Assembly: GCA_002269645.1 (NCBI GenBank)
Contig: NIVC01002063.1
Span: forward strand, 144,257-208,256
Direction: 5' to 3'
From: Macrostomum lignano
Lineage: Eukaryota
DNA length: 64,000 nucleotides
Shown: positions 49,394-62,389 of the stretch, one piece after another
Layout: each line of letters starts with the position of its first letter
Numbering within the stretch: position 1 is the stretch's first letter
Position numbers and translations under genes: made by a program
The notes under the pieces: generated by a model
The model's database searches: none
What the model saw: only the letters and a program-made list of their open reading frames with translations
What the model was told of the DNA's origin: nothing

Positions 49394-52300
49394 GAGAGAA
49401 AGGGGAGAGAAAGGGGAGAGAAAGGGGGAGAGAAAGGGGGAGAGAAAGGGAGAGAGCAATGGAGAGAGAAAGGGGAGAGAAAGGGAGAGAGAAATGGAGA
49501 GAGAAATGGAGAGAGAAAGGGGGAGAGAAAGGGGGAGAGAAATGGAGAGAGAAAGGGGAGAGAAAGGGGAGAGAGAAATGGAGAGAGAAAGGGGAGAGAA
49601 AGGGGGAGAGAAAGGGGGGGAGAAAGGGGAGAGAAAGGGGGAGAGAAAGGGGAGAGAAAGGGGGAGAGAAAGGGGAGAGAAAGGGGAGAGAAAGGGGAGA
49701 GAAAAGGGAGAGAAAGGGAGAGAGAAAGGGAGAGACAAAGGGGAGAGAAAGGGGAGAGAAAGGGGGAGATAATTATCATCCATAACTTTTACTCTTTACA
49801 GTTCCAAGAAAGTTCGGCACCCCAATCGTGATTGGTGTGACATTTTTAATTGGTTTGCCTTCCGCTATTAGTGTGACAATTCTTAGAAATCAGGTCAGTT
49901 CAATCGGACTCAAGAGTATACGAAGTACTTTTCCTAAAATACTTTCCTTAACAAACTTAATTGATGATTACAAATAATTGAAACATTTTAGGATTTTGTA
50001 TGGGGCTTTGCTCTGATGATTTCTGGGATAATGTTTCAACTGCTGGTGATCAAGTACGGCTTTCGGGCCTTTCAAAATGAGGTCGTTAATAACTATGGCA
50101 CTAACGATTGGCCACTAACCATTGTCACTATGATTATTATTGTGTAAGTTCCTATGTCTGCTAACAGGTGGTTTTGGCCCTTTAAACGCGGGATAAAAGA
50201 TGTGGAAATATACATGAGGGTGAGAGAGGTGTGATAGGGAAAGGGAGAGAGGTAAAGAGAGAAGAAATGCACATGGGGGAGAGAGGGAAAGAGAGAAGAG
50301 ATGTACATGGGGGAGAGAGGGAAAGAGAGAAGAAATGCACATGGGGGGGAGAGGGAAAGAGAGAAGAAATGTACATGGGGGAGAGAGGGAAAGAGAGAAG
50401 AGATGTACATGGGGGAGAGATGGAAAGAGAGAAGAAATGCACATGGGGGAGAGAGTTAAAGAGAGAAGAAATGTTCACTGGGGGAGAGAAGGAAAGAGAT
50501 AAAAAATGCATATAGGGAGAAAGAGGGAGAGAAAGAAGAATTGTACATGGGGGGAGAGGGAGAGAGAAAGAAGTGTAAATGGGGGAGAGGAGAGGTGGAC
50601 AGAAAGAAGAAATGTACATGGGGGTGGGAGAGCGGGGGCGAGAGACAAGATTTACACCAAAGGGAAGAGAGGGAAGAGCAGTGAGAGAAGGGATGTACGA
50701 AATTAAGAGGGGCAGAGAAGGGAGAAAAGTGTACGCAAAGTAAAAGACAAATCATGTACAAGAGGCAAAACTATAGAGAAAATTGCTCCTCTGCCGCAGA
50801 GTTGTCGCTCCCATCGAGGCAATCGGCCTGCTGGTTTGGTGGGGCTACGAAATCATTTCTTCGACTTCCGATGCGCCATCGGGGGAGCGCTGGTTCGACT
50901 ACGGCGTAGAAACTTTTATGACTGTCATCACTGAGGTAATTAACTTTGATATTGTTTTTTGTTGATGTTCGCTTCTATGCGCTTCTGTCGAATTAAGTAT
51001 TTCTGTATTCCCTGTCTATCTTCGTTTTTGGATTCCCCGATCTTATCTTGGTCTTGGGACTCGTCTTTGCTTGGTTTTGAGATTCCCCTGTCTTTTCTTG
51101 GTTTTGGGATTTTCCTGTCTTATTTTGGTTTTAGGATTCCCCAATCTTATCTTGGTTTAAGGATTCCCCTGTCTATCTTGGTTTTGGGATTCCCTGTCTT
51201 ATCTTGATTTTGGGATTCCCCTGTCTTATCTTGGTTTTGGGATTCCCTGTCTTATCTTGATTTTGGGATTCCCCTGTCTTATCTTGGTTTTGGAATTCCC
51301 TGTCTTATCTTGATTTTAGGATTCCCCTGTCTTATCTTGGTTTTGGGATTTCCTGTCTTATTTTGGTTTTAGGATTCCCCTATCTTATCTTGGTTTAAGG
51401 ATTCCCCTGTCTATCTTGGTTTAGGGTTCCCCTGTCTTATCTTGGTTTTGGGATTCTCCTGTCTTATCTTGATTTTGGGATTCCCTGTCTATCTTGGTTT
51501 TGGGATTCCCTGTCTTATCTTGGTTTTGGGATTTTCCTGTCTTATTTTGGTTTTAGGATTCCCCTATCTTATCTTGGTTTAAGGATTTCCCTGTCTATCT
51601 TGGTTTAGGGATTCTCCTGTCTTATCTTGATTTTGGGATTCCCTGTCTATCTTGGTTTTGGGATTCCCTGTCTTATCTTGGTTTTGGGATTTTCCTGTCT
51701 TATCTTGGTTTTGGGATTCTCCTGTCTTATCTTGATTTTGGGATTCCCTGTCTATCTTGGTTTTGGGATTCCCTGTCTTATCTTGGTTTTGGGATTCCCT
51801 GTCTTATCTTGGTTTTGGGATTCCCTGTCTTATCTTGGTTTTGGGATTCTCCTGTCTTATCTTGGTTTTGGGATTCTCCTGTCTTATCTTGATTTTGGGA
51901 TTCCCTGTCTATCTTGGTTTTGGGATTCCCTGTCTTATCTTGGTTTAGGGATTCCCCTGTCTTATCTTGGTTTTGGGATTCTCCTGTCTTATCTTGATTT
52001 TGGGATTCCCTGTCTATCTTGGTTTTGGGATTCTCTGTCTTATCTTGGTTTTGGGATTCCCCTATCTTACCTTGGTTTAAGGATTCCCCTGTCCATCTTG
52101 GTTTAGGGATTCCCCTGTCTTATCTTGGTTTTGGGATTCTCCTGTCTATCTCGGTTTAGGGATTCCCCTGTCTTATCTTGGTTTTGGGATTCTCCTGTCT
52201 TATCTTGATTTTGGAATTCCCTGTCTATCTTGGTTTGGGGATTCCCTGTCTTATCTTGGTTTAGGGATTCCCCTGTCTTATCTTGGTTTTGGGATTCCCT

Positions 52301-52995
52301 GTCTTATCTTGATTATGGGATTCCCCTGTCTTATCTTGATTTTGGGATTCCCTGTCTTATCTTGATTTTGGGATTCCCCTGTCTTATCTTTGTTTTGGGA
52401 TTCCCCTGTCTTATCTTGATTTTGGGATTCCCTGTCTATCTTGGTTTTGGGATTCCCCTATCTTATCTTGGTTTTGGGATTCCTCTATCTTATCTTGGTT
52501 TTGGGATTCCTCTATCTTATCTTGGTTTTGGGATTCCCCTATCTTATCTTGGTTTTGGGATTTCCGTGTCTTATGTTGGAGTTTAGATTTCCCTGTCCTA
52601 TTTTGTCCGATTTTCATGTTAAATCTTGTTTCTTGGATTCCCACGGGTTTGCGGATTTCCCAAACAGTCAACAATTAGAATTCCCCTATCTACGAGCACA
52701 CGTAAGTCGTTGCAGCTAAGATTTCTTATTCGTTTAAAGTTTTGTTTAAATCCAATATTGAATTCATTTGATTGAAATTTTCAATCCCGCTCAGTGGCTC
52801 ACACTGCTCATCCTGCTCCTATTCGTGAACGTGCTCGTGTACTACATGAGGCCGGCATTCATGCAGGCTGACAACAAAGTGCAGCAGATTGACGAGTCTG
52901 AGAATGATGGCGCCTTCGAGATGAAGCATCCCGGCTTGTACACCAGAGAGGGGGCCAATGGACAGGACAATGTGGCCTATGCCAACGATAAGTAG
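45457..52995 (+). CDS. SLC6 / neurotransmitter:sodium symporter family amino-acid-type transporter, prokaryote-like; 10 coding exons seen, initiator codon not found
   Basis: Exons 45457-45598, 46593-46776, 46853-46976, 47578-47782, 48347-48509, 48924-49198, 49802-49893, 49992-50143, 50800-50935 and 52795-52995 total 1674 nt with no internal stop. All introns are GT-AG with matching phases. Motifs: VGTGNIWRFP (TM1), IEYAVGRY, YYSVVLGWCLYY (TM3), IEKAN, GIRFLFTPD, QNAFDTGAAMG...YATY (TM6), GPASTGLTF, FAGVSS (TM8), DFVWG (TM10). Confidence 0.94.
45875..46495. repeat. GA-rich low-complexity tract in SLC6 intron 1
   Basis: (GAGAG/GATGA)n read directly. Confidence 0.9.
46985..47420. repeat. Degenerate ~12-bp repeat (GAGATTAGAGGT) in SLC6 intron 3
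   Basis: GAGATT recurs with ~12-bp periodicity. Confidence 0.85.
47853..48185. repeat. 7-bp repeat (CTACAGG/CTACAGA) in SLC6 intron 4
   Basis: Read directly. Confidence 0.95.
48514..48900. repeat. 12-bp minisatellite (CTGAGACAGGCA / CTGAGACAGACA) in SLC6 intron 5
   Basis: Read directly. It has the same unit as the TAL intron 1 array. Confidence 0.95.
49362..49770. repeat. GA-rich ~11-12-bp repeat (GGGGAGAGAAA) in SLC6 intron 6
   Basis: Read directly. Confidence 0.92.
50230..50640. repeat. ~30-bp purine-rich repeat (GAGAGAAGAAATGTACATGGGGGAGAGAGGGAAA) in SLC6 intron 8
   Basis: ATG(T/C)ACATGGGGG core recurs about 10 times. Confidence 0.88.
51010..52600. repeat. ~22-27-bp minisatellite (GGATTCCCCTGTCTTATCTTGGTTTTG) in SLC6 intron 9
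   Basis: About 60 copies read directly. Confidence 0.95.
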
Positions 52996-55900
52996 ACTGC
53001 GCATATTATAAAAGCGGCCGCTACTACTGATGGTAGTACTTAGTAGTAGGTAGAGCTCTTTTTCTAATGCGGTTAGAAATTAATGCGGTTACAAGAATTT
53101 ACGTTAACTATTACACTTGATGAGAAGCGCAATTTTAGGTCAATCTAGTTCGAATATTTCCAACAATTCAATTGAGTTGAAGTTCCAGGTAAAGATGGAC
53201 TTTTCTATGAGCGTTAGCAGTCCATAATTGGACTCTGGCGCATCTCTATAAAGGGTTTAAAATATGTAAAGTATGGCTATTTACTTTATTGCCCAGTGCA
53301 ACATGGTTCTATAATTATTGTATGCATATTTTATCACCTCACAAACAATAAACAGTTATTTACATGCAGCCACACAGTGCTGCACATATTAGCTACGGCT
53401 AACACTACTACTGTATGCATAGCCAGTACTTTGTAAGTTGTGATTGTTTTTTTAAGTACGAGATAATTATTTCTTAAAATGTACATGTATACATGTACAC
53501 TAAATCATTTTAAATACATGTTTATACATGTACCTTTCATATAACCTTCGTAATGAGGCAGGCCCTATTTTGAATTACCGTTTAAATTGATGATATTTTG
53601 TTAGAATGAACACCTTTTTTTATTGTGCGCGTTGTTTTATTGGCCTAACCGGCCGCGTAATCCCAATTCCCACCTACGCTCTCGATCCGACTATATAAAA
53701 AATATAACGGTAGTTTCTCCCAAAATTAAATCATTCTTTCTTCTTTCTTTTGTCCAACCCTTCCTCTCGTAGTAATTTGGTCCATTTGTTGCAACTGATC
53801 AGTTCAATCATATAGAAAAAAGAAAAACCTTACTGTTGGATGCATAGTTGCGGTGCATACTTGGATGTAGCTACCGCTGGGTAAACTACATGCTACTAGC
53901 TTTTTTTGATTAGTTAATTAAGTATTGATACAGTACAGTGTAATAAAGAATTAATATAATAATTAAGCGTTCTCCAATTTTGAATCTTGAATAAATTTTG
54001 AATAGTTCAAGTCGAATCCATGCAATACCCTGCGCTGTGGTTGACAGTACTTAAACAATTAGTGTAATCGACCGACCTATACAGCACAATAAAAACAATT
54101 GCATATATGCACACACGGTACGTCGCGGCAACTTTCCTGGTGTGATACTACAACATACATGTACGACAGCATAGTTTCCCGAAAAGTGCATGTAGAAATC
54201 ATTGTTGAAAAATAATGTACGTGGCAAAAAACACACCCAGGTAATTTAATCTTATTATTCTTCGGTGCTAAAGCTACACTCGCCATTATTTATCGTCCCG
54301 TGACGATCAATTGGATTCATGTACATGACGTCATGTACTACCGGGCGTCCAAACTCTATCGAATATATAGCGTCGAGATTTGCGCACAATTTTAGATGCA
54401 CAAAGGTAAAGCTGGACAATTGAGGTTTGTCGAGTTAATGCTAGCCGCGTGTGACCGATCCATGCAGCGACTCCCTAACGGCGATAGTACTTCGATCTTC
54501 GATCCATGTTTCTCTAGGAAGAAATAACCAAGATAAGCTTTTTCAGCAGAAGTTTTCTTAAAGCTAAAAAGCATATTAAAGAAAATTGGACTTCTCAGAA
54601 TGTTAAAGAGCATATTTTTCCGCCCAGATGGGGTGTTTATACAATAAACTGGTTGACTGTAATTAGCTGGCGTAAGTTTAAACAAAATTAAACAATTAAA
54701 ACAAACGTGCATGGTGTTAAAACAAAAAAATTAGAAAATGACTGTTAGCTTTTTGCTAGTTGTAGTACAGAAGTAGTATCGTGCGCTAATTTTATGGCCT
54801 AATAGCATTTGAAAAAAGCAGCTATAACTGTATGTACAATTGATGTAAATCAATAATTTATATATATAATTGATTGCTATAGGCCCAACATTAATATGTA
54901 CAAAGTTTAAGTGTTTGATAAAATATTTTTTGATGCAGTGATGATGCAGAAACATTCGCTGCACCACACCAGTTATAACTGTCGCTTAATACAAGTCTAG
55001 AACTCATGATGATAATATTTATTTATGAATTTATGGATATACGTACAGATGTTAAATACTAACATCGATTTTGGAATTTCCATGTTGGAATAGGTAATTT
55101 AAAGGTTAAATAGTAAAACTTAAATTTGTTTAAATAGTCACGGATTTCAAAAAACATCATTTTCTGGAAAGAATGTCACAGAACCGAAAACGATCAACAA
55201 AACTGTAAGGAAATGATAGGGACCTAGACTCCCCTAGAGTTTATTAGACATGAAGATTTATGTTTTGCTTTGTAAATGAGTTTTTATATTTATCTGAATT
55301 CGAATTTGTCCTATTGTATGTTAGTTCAAATCTATTGCACAAACAGCATCATCATTCTGTTTTGTAAATTTTTGAAGGCCCTATGCCAATTATTGTAATA
55401 TTGGCAGTGTATATGTGACGTATGTCATATAAAAAAATTTAATGTAACTGGGATTTTTTGTTTGAATTTCATTATTCTATCCCACAATTTTCAATAAAGT
55501 TGCATTATAAGATTATTATTTTAATAACTTGATAACTTAATAGGCCTACCAAGAGGCATGCCTCCCTCGGCTACTACAGCCAAAAAAATTTGGCCACCCA
55601 ATACTTTTTTTGGCCTGCAACTATGTATCTATGCCAGGTCTATTTTCAAATATTGAGTTGTAGCCTCACTCTCAAATCTTAGTGTTTAGTGCTTAGTGTA
55701 ACTTGCCCCCTATAAAAACAAAAGTTTCTAGATCTATGCCTACATTCACTAATAAAGTAGCCTAACAAGATTAACTATTAAGCCTATTAAGTATTAATCA
55801 CCTAGCCTAATAGCTATTACTAATATTATTAATTTATTATAATATAGGCTTACACACTGTAAATGGAATATATATTAATGCGGGGGCAGAGAAAAGAAAA

Positions 55901-57993
55901 TAAAAATTTGGGAATAAAAAATTAAATTTACCTATTAGCGTTCTTTGGGTTTCTTCAAAACCAGTTGGCATTGCATTTGCACAAATAAGTCTGGAAATTG
56001 TGTAGACAAATTACAACAAATCCTTTCTCTTGTTTTATTCCGACTGCTAGGTTCTTAAGTCCAAGAGGAGGGTAGTTGTAATCGTAGCTGAGCAGTCATT
56101 ATTGGCACAATCATTCAAATGGTAGACACTGGAGATTTTGGTACTATAAAATTAATGGGTCAATTTGTTGAGCTTGTTACTTTCAGTAGGATAGAATTGC
56201 CACCACCATAATTTATATATTATGGAATGCTTAAGTCTCAGAACTTTCTTCAAGTTGAGGACTTTGGTTGTTTTATGCCCCGTAGGCAAATGACTCAAGA
56301 TAGGCTATGGGCTCAATTAATCAGTCAAATAAAAATCAGGTTGTAATTGTTGGCTATTTTATTATTACTATTATTTATGTTTTAGCAGATGGTATGGTTA
56401 ATTATTTGAATGGTTAAGACAATTGAAATGATAATGGGATTGAACAGGACACAGTGCGCTGACAATAAAGATGGGCACCTTAAATGCGTCTACTAAATTA
56501 ATTCAAACGAGCTCATAATATTACTTAACTTGAAATAAAAAAGAGCCTATCAAACACAATTGAATTAGAAAAGACAACAGTGTAGACACAAAAGTAAGAG
56601 AGGAAGGGGAGAGAGGGGGTTGAAGTTAACACGCATAGGGCATCACTTATATAATACCAAAACAATTCCATAATGGGGTGGAGGCTTTCACTGATGGCTA
56701 GTCAGAGGGGTAGACAAACCAAAGGGCAACAGGAAGGGCAAAATGCATTACACAGAAATGAGTGACAAAAATAATAGAACCAAAAGATGGGGAAAATTAA
56801 ATCAACAGCAGGACAAACAAGAGGGACAACATGGGGACAGGCTGGGGCAACTAAAGGAAAAATGACTCAAGACATAACTGTTGGAAAGAATGTTAAAACA
56901 AGCCAAGAGTTAGGCACATAATTAAATTGCTAAAATTAACAGTACACAAGTACTTTATGAGAAAAATTAGGAGGTTAAATGTAGCAACCCCATTGCCACA
57001 ATATCATTAATTAAAAAATAATATATAACCTACATTCAACTCAAAAAGGTGTAGGGAGGCCTATATCCTACGGTATTACTTCATATATATATTAAGTACA
57101 TAGAACAAAAAAATGGATCAAGAAAAGTAGACCTATGCAAAACAAAAGTTTTTTTGGATTTAAATGTACCAATGATAACAATGATAATTTAATAGTTTAA
57201 AGTAGTGTTCCACCATAAGGTGGGTCTATATGCTGTAGCCATAAGCAAACTAGGCCTATGGCTTCTTTTAATTCTCCATATTCTGTAGCCATATGTATCC
57301 TAATATTACCATATTCCCATAATTCCTATAGCTGTAGCCATAGCCCATAGTTTTATAAAAAAAGTCTAAGAAATAAAGTGGTTTGAATCAGGAGCTGGTC
57401 TTTTTTGCCTGAGACAAGGTACAAAATTGCACCCTATACTCTATAGTATGCCTAATTTCAAGGTGCAATTTTTAGGCTCAGAGTGCAATTTCTCTTCTTT
57501 CTTATGCTAGGGGCCTAAAGCAATGCAAATAAGGCTTAAAAGAAAAAAGTTATGAGACCACATCTAAACTGCACCCACTTTTTCAATTTCAGGGTGCAAG
57601 ATTTCAAAATTTAAGGTGCATATGCATACTCTGTGCACAAAAAAACCTAGATTAGGAGGATAACTTGGTACTTAAACAATTACAAATAAAATTAAAAACT
57701 TAAACTAACACCCAATTGCCTTTTGTAAGATTGTATTTCAATCAATCTATCTATTACTGAAAATATTACTACTGAACTTTTTAACATTAATAGTAAATAA
57801 GAATTTGCTATGTTTTTATTATAGTATATTAAGTATAATTTTTAAGTTTTTGAATCTATGACTATAATATAGTAGTTTATAGTAAATATCTTTATTGTTT
57901 TTTTTCCTTGTGATATTTGATAATTTTTTAAATTTATAACTATGGCTATGGGAATCTATGGAATGTGACTACAATTACTATATTTCTATAGTT

Positions 57994-58778
57994 GGCTCAT
58001 TCCATATAAGCATGGTCGTAACATGACAGGCTATTTTTACTTATAAAATGAAATCTAATAATAGAATATACTAAACCAATATTTTAAATGAAAGATTATT
58101 TTGTCTAGAATATATTTATAGAGTTTCATATAGATATCATAATTAGTATAGATGCTATTAAACCTTAAATGACACTTATGGTCGTAACGACAGGATTTTT
58201 GACATATAGAAACTAAAAGGTAAAAGTCTTATAACATTTTTCTTTTTTGATATTTTGCGATGCATTTTTAAAATTTGACTAAGAACATCTTTAGAAATCA
58301 TACTCTTTTATTAGAATATATAAACTCAAAAGGCAACAAAGATACAAAAGAAAAGGCAGCCTTATGGTCGTAACATTATGGTCGTAACATATTTTTTTCT
58401 GTCAATTCAGTAACTTTGAGGTACTAATACATAATAAATATAATAAATTATTTGGTCACCAATGCTTTTATCTAATGATGCAAGTACTATACTTTTATCT
58501 ATAGTTTGTTTCAACCTTCAAAAGCTTTCTATTTGTTTTTAAAAGGTACAAAATCTTAATGATGTCTTTTGCTTCAAAAAATGTCCAAATTTTTATAAAA
58601 ATGACTTTTTGCCAATTGATAACATACTAATCCAACATTTTACCATTCCTTTATTCTTAGATTGTATATATTGCACATAAAAAACATTTGGTAAAAAAAT
58701 AGACTAATAAGGCAATGGCAAGCAAAAATATTGATTTTTTCTATTTTCCAAATATGTCCATCTTATATGGAATGAGCC
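57994..58778. mobile_element. 785-bp non-autonomous DNA transposon (MITE) with 17-bp perfect TIRs and 4-bp TSD
   Basis: GGCTCATTCCATATAAG at 57994-58010 and its reverse complement at 58762-58778. AGTT is duplicated on both flanks (57990-57993, 58779-58782). There are four internal ATGGTCGTAAC motifs. Confidence 0.85.
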
Positions 58779-58884
58779 AGTTGTAGCTATAAGAGAAGCT
58801 ATCTACTGTAAGCATATCCATAGCTGCTATAGGCATCTATTTTACTATATTTGCCATAGGATCCTATAGCTATAGCTAAAACTA

Positions 58885-60200
58885 CAAGGGTTGTTTGGAA
58901 AGTCCGCGATCAAACATGTCTAATAGTTTAATGGATTGCTACTCTTCCTGCTTCTCAACGTAGGCACCCTTGAGGCTTATGCACTTTTGCCACCTCTCAG
59001 GCAACTTCTCAATGCCAGCAGCATAGAAATTGGCAGGTGACCCCCTGACCCACTAGCTGATGGCCGATGCCAAGGTCTGTAAAAAGCTGTACTGGCGACC
59101 TTGGAGGGTTTTTTTATCTCTCTGAATAGCCAGAAGTCACTGGGTGCGAGGTCCAGCGAGTAGGGTAGGTGTGGCAGCACCTCAAAGCCCAGGTCCAAAA
59201 TGGCAGCCATTGTTGCCTGGCTGGTATGCAGCCTGGCATTGTCATGCTGAAGCAGGATGCCACGGCTAAGTTTGCCACGCTGCTGGGCTTTGATGGCTTC
59301 ATGCAACTTTTGCAAGACTTGGATGTAGTACTCACTGTTTATTGTGGCACCACAAGGAAGCCATTCGATGAGCAGAATACCCTCCTTGTCCCAGAAGACA
59401 GTGGCCATTTGCTTGCCAGCTGAAGGTACTGTCAGGGCCTTGACAAGTGTGGGCTCATGGCTGGCCTTCTACACACTGCTCTGCATCTTGGACTCTGGCT
59501 CACTATAATGAAACCAGGATTCATCCCCAGTCACAATCCAGTCCAAAAAGTTGGGATCACTGTGATATGACTGGAGGAGCTACTGACACACCTGGACCTA
59601 CTCTCGCTACTGCTGGTCAGTCAGAAATTTTGGGACCCAACAAGCAACAATGCGTGACATACCAAGCTCAACTGTCAGGATTGAATGAATGGCCATTGAT
59701 GAGATGCCAATAATGGTTGACAACTCTAGCATTGTAGCTCAGCGGTCAACATCTAGAGCACAACACACAAGCTCAATGTTTGACCTGTTGACCATGGTGG
59801 CAGGCTGGCCACTCCATGGAAGGTCATCGACTGTCTCCCAGCCATCTTCAAAATGCTGCACCCACTTGTTGACCATTGTTTTTGATGGTGCACATTCGCC
59901 ATACATTGCTTGCAACTTGCAAAGAATTTCTGCCTGTCACTTTCCTTGTTTTCACAAAACCAAATGACACTTTGTGACATATAGTGATACTTTGCTTTGC
60001 TTCTTCATTATTCAGCATAGTGATGGAAATCATGTGTGACTAAAAACACTGTAAGAAGGAAATTCCTGGCTCAAACAAGACCACTCTTGATTTAAATCAC
60101 TCAGGATATGATATTTGTCTATGGTATAAAGTTTCAAGACAAAGTAGTGACTCAAAAAAAGATATGCATGTTTGATTGCGGACTTTCCTAACAACCCTTG
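58885..60200 (-). mobile_element. Full-length (1316 bp) degenerate mariner (Tc1/mariner, DD34D-type) element
   Basis: 34-bp TIRs at 58885-58918 and 60167-60200 with 2 mismatches, and TA on both flanks. Transposase fragments: YGECAPSKTMVNKWV (HTH region), MATVFWDKEGILL, TINSEYY, LLQHDNARLH, HLPYSLDLAPSDFWLF. It is frameshifted and therefore inactive. Confidence 0.95.
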
Positions 60201-60639
60201 TATAGTGGAACACTAGTTTAAAGCTCTCTTTCAAGGCCAAAGAATTTTTTTAATGAAGTTTTATATGTACACACATTTTATTTTTTGTTTTTGTATAGAA
60301 CAGGATTTTGAGATGAAATTCACCTTGGTATAAATTATAATATAAAATTCTAGTATTCATAAAACAAAAAGTTTGTTTTTTATTATTTTATTGGAATGAA
60401 AGAAAGAACAATAAAATAGGGCTGTCATAATTTTGCATATAAAAATAAAGTTCTTAAATTATATACTAAGTATCAATTAGTATATATTATATTATAAGTT
60501 AGACTTATATCTATCCTGTTTTATATATTATAATTCCCTATTTCCCTTGCTTATATTTATCTATTGTCATAGCATCCCCATTAGCAACAAGGCTTTTTAT
60601 GTCTAAGCTAATAGCTAGAAGGCTCTTGACACAACCTGT

Positions 60640-61960
60640 CATGACATGATAGTGGCTGCCTTCAAACTTCTTCATTGAAGGTCAAACCTGCATCCTGGCT
60701 TTCTCCCCTGGCATTCTCTTTCGCCATTGCATTCGCTTCTCTATTGTTACCTCCATTTGCTCACAGAAAGATTCTGCCTCACCAATAGCTTTGTTGACAT
60801 GATCTTCTTGTGCATCATTCAAGAAGCACTCAAGAAAGATAACATGGGCCTTGGTTGAGTCAAGACCTAGTCCTCTGTGCTAAAATGCCTCAAATTTGTT
60901 GTCAATGTTGATCTCTTTTAGGATTGGCTCCCAATAATAAAGATGAGCAAAGAATGAAAAGGAGCAGATGGCTGTGGACAGAGAAATCGCTTCTGCCCTT
61001 GTGTCTAAAGAGAAGGTTGGATCTGCACCTATGTTGTCAAGTACATCTATAATATTCACTAGTTTAATTTATAAGGCTCAAATAGCCTTGTAGTACATAT
61101 TCCATCTTGTGTCAACCAGCCTCTTTGGCTTGAAGCCATGTCCATCAATGCTAATCTAGGCTTCCAAAGCAGCAAAATGGCCAGTTAAAGCCAAGAAGAA
61201 TAAAAAACTCTTTGAATAGTCCCAAAGAAGGTTATAGCTACCATATTTGAGGTGCAAGCATATGATCTAGCAAGGTTGAGGCTGTGATTAGAGCAAGGAA
61301 TACACATTGCAAAGGGGCTTTGGTCTTTGATCAACTTTTGAACACCTCCATAGACTCCAAACATGTTGGCTGCATTGTCATAGCCATGACCATAGCAGTT
61401 CTTTATGTTGAGATTAAGCTTTTCCAGCTTTGTGAAGATTGTGTCGACAATCTGCTAGGCCTGATGTCCTTCGAGTTTGAGGAATCCAAGAAATGACTGT
61501 GGGATTCCTGCTGCAGTCCATATACCTGACCTGATGATGATGCTAAGTTGATCCATATGAGATATGTCTAGTTTGCTGTCAAGCATTATTGAGAAGTATT
61601 GGGCCTCCTTGATCTTCCCAATAATGGCTTTCTTCATCTCTTCTGCAAGAAGAGTTAATGAACTCATTTTGAATATTCTTTGACAGGTAGGTAATCTTCT
61701 TCTTACAAGATGGTTGCTTCCCTTGATAATTGTCAAGGTGGGTGGCCAGTACTGGGTCAAAATGTGACATCATCTTCGAACATTGTGACATCAAATTTGT
61801 CCTAGTGATTATACATAGAATCCACATGGATTTTCCACCTGAAGTCAGGCTTCTTTTTGCAAATTCAGCTGAATGCTATCCAGGTATGCCTGGATGTTTA
61901 ATTCAAAGTGAGCTTTAAATGGAAGTCGACCATCTTGATCTTTACATTATGATGTAGTAC
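60640..61960 (-). mobile_element. Degenerate hAT transposase relic (ZMYM1-like hAT group)
   Basis: Minus-strand motifs FDPVLATHL, TYLSKNIQNEFI, YFSIMLDSKLDISHMDQLSIIIR, DNAANMFG, GVQKLIK...CIPCSNHSLNLA, LKPKRLVDTRW and KRMPGEKARD, with frameshifts and stops. Confidence 0.85.
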
Positions 61961-62389
61961 CAGCGAAGTGTGTATATATTGAAACAGAGGATAGTATAGC
62001 AGCCTCAAATTCATTTAAATCTTGCCCACTGCATGATAATTATTATCGTTTTTACACATTTTTTTCAAATATTGCTTATAAAGAAATATGGTGTTTTATA
62101 TATATGAAATAAATATAGTGACATACAAGTATATAGGCTCCTTTTGCAACAAATTGTAAATAAAACAATATAAGAATAAATATAATATGATATTAATATA
62201 TTAGTTATATAATTATGTGTAGAGGTTATGTTATTTTTATTATTATAATTATCTATTCTTTATCTATTCTTTGTTATTATAATTAATATTATAATTATTT
62301 ACCTGCAGATAATTAATATTATATAAATAATAATAGCTATAATAATAAAAATAACATAACCATACAAAATGTTCAGTAAAAATACTGTG

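Noticed and set aside
57400-57640. Cluster of GGTGCA/TGCACC inverted motifs suggesting another MITE
   Set aside because: I could not define terminal inverted repeats or a TSD.
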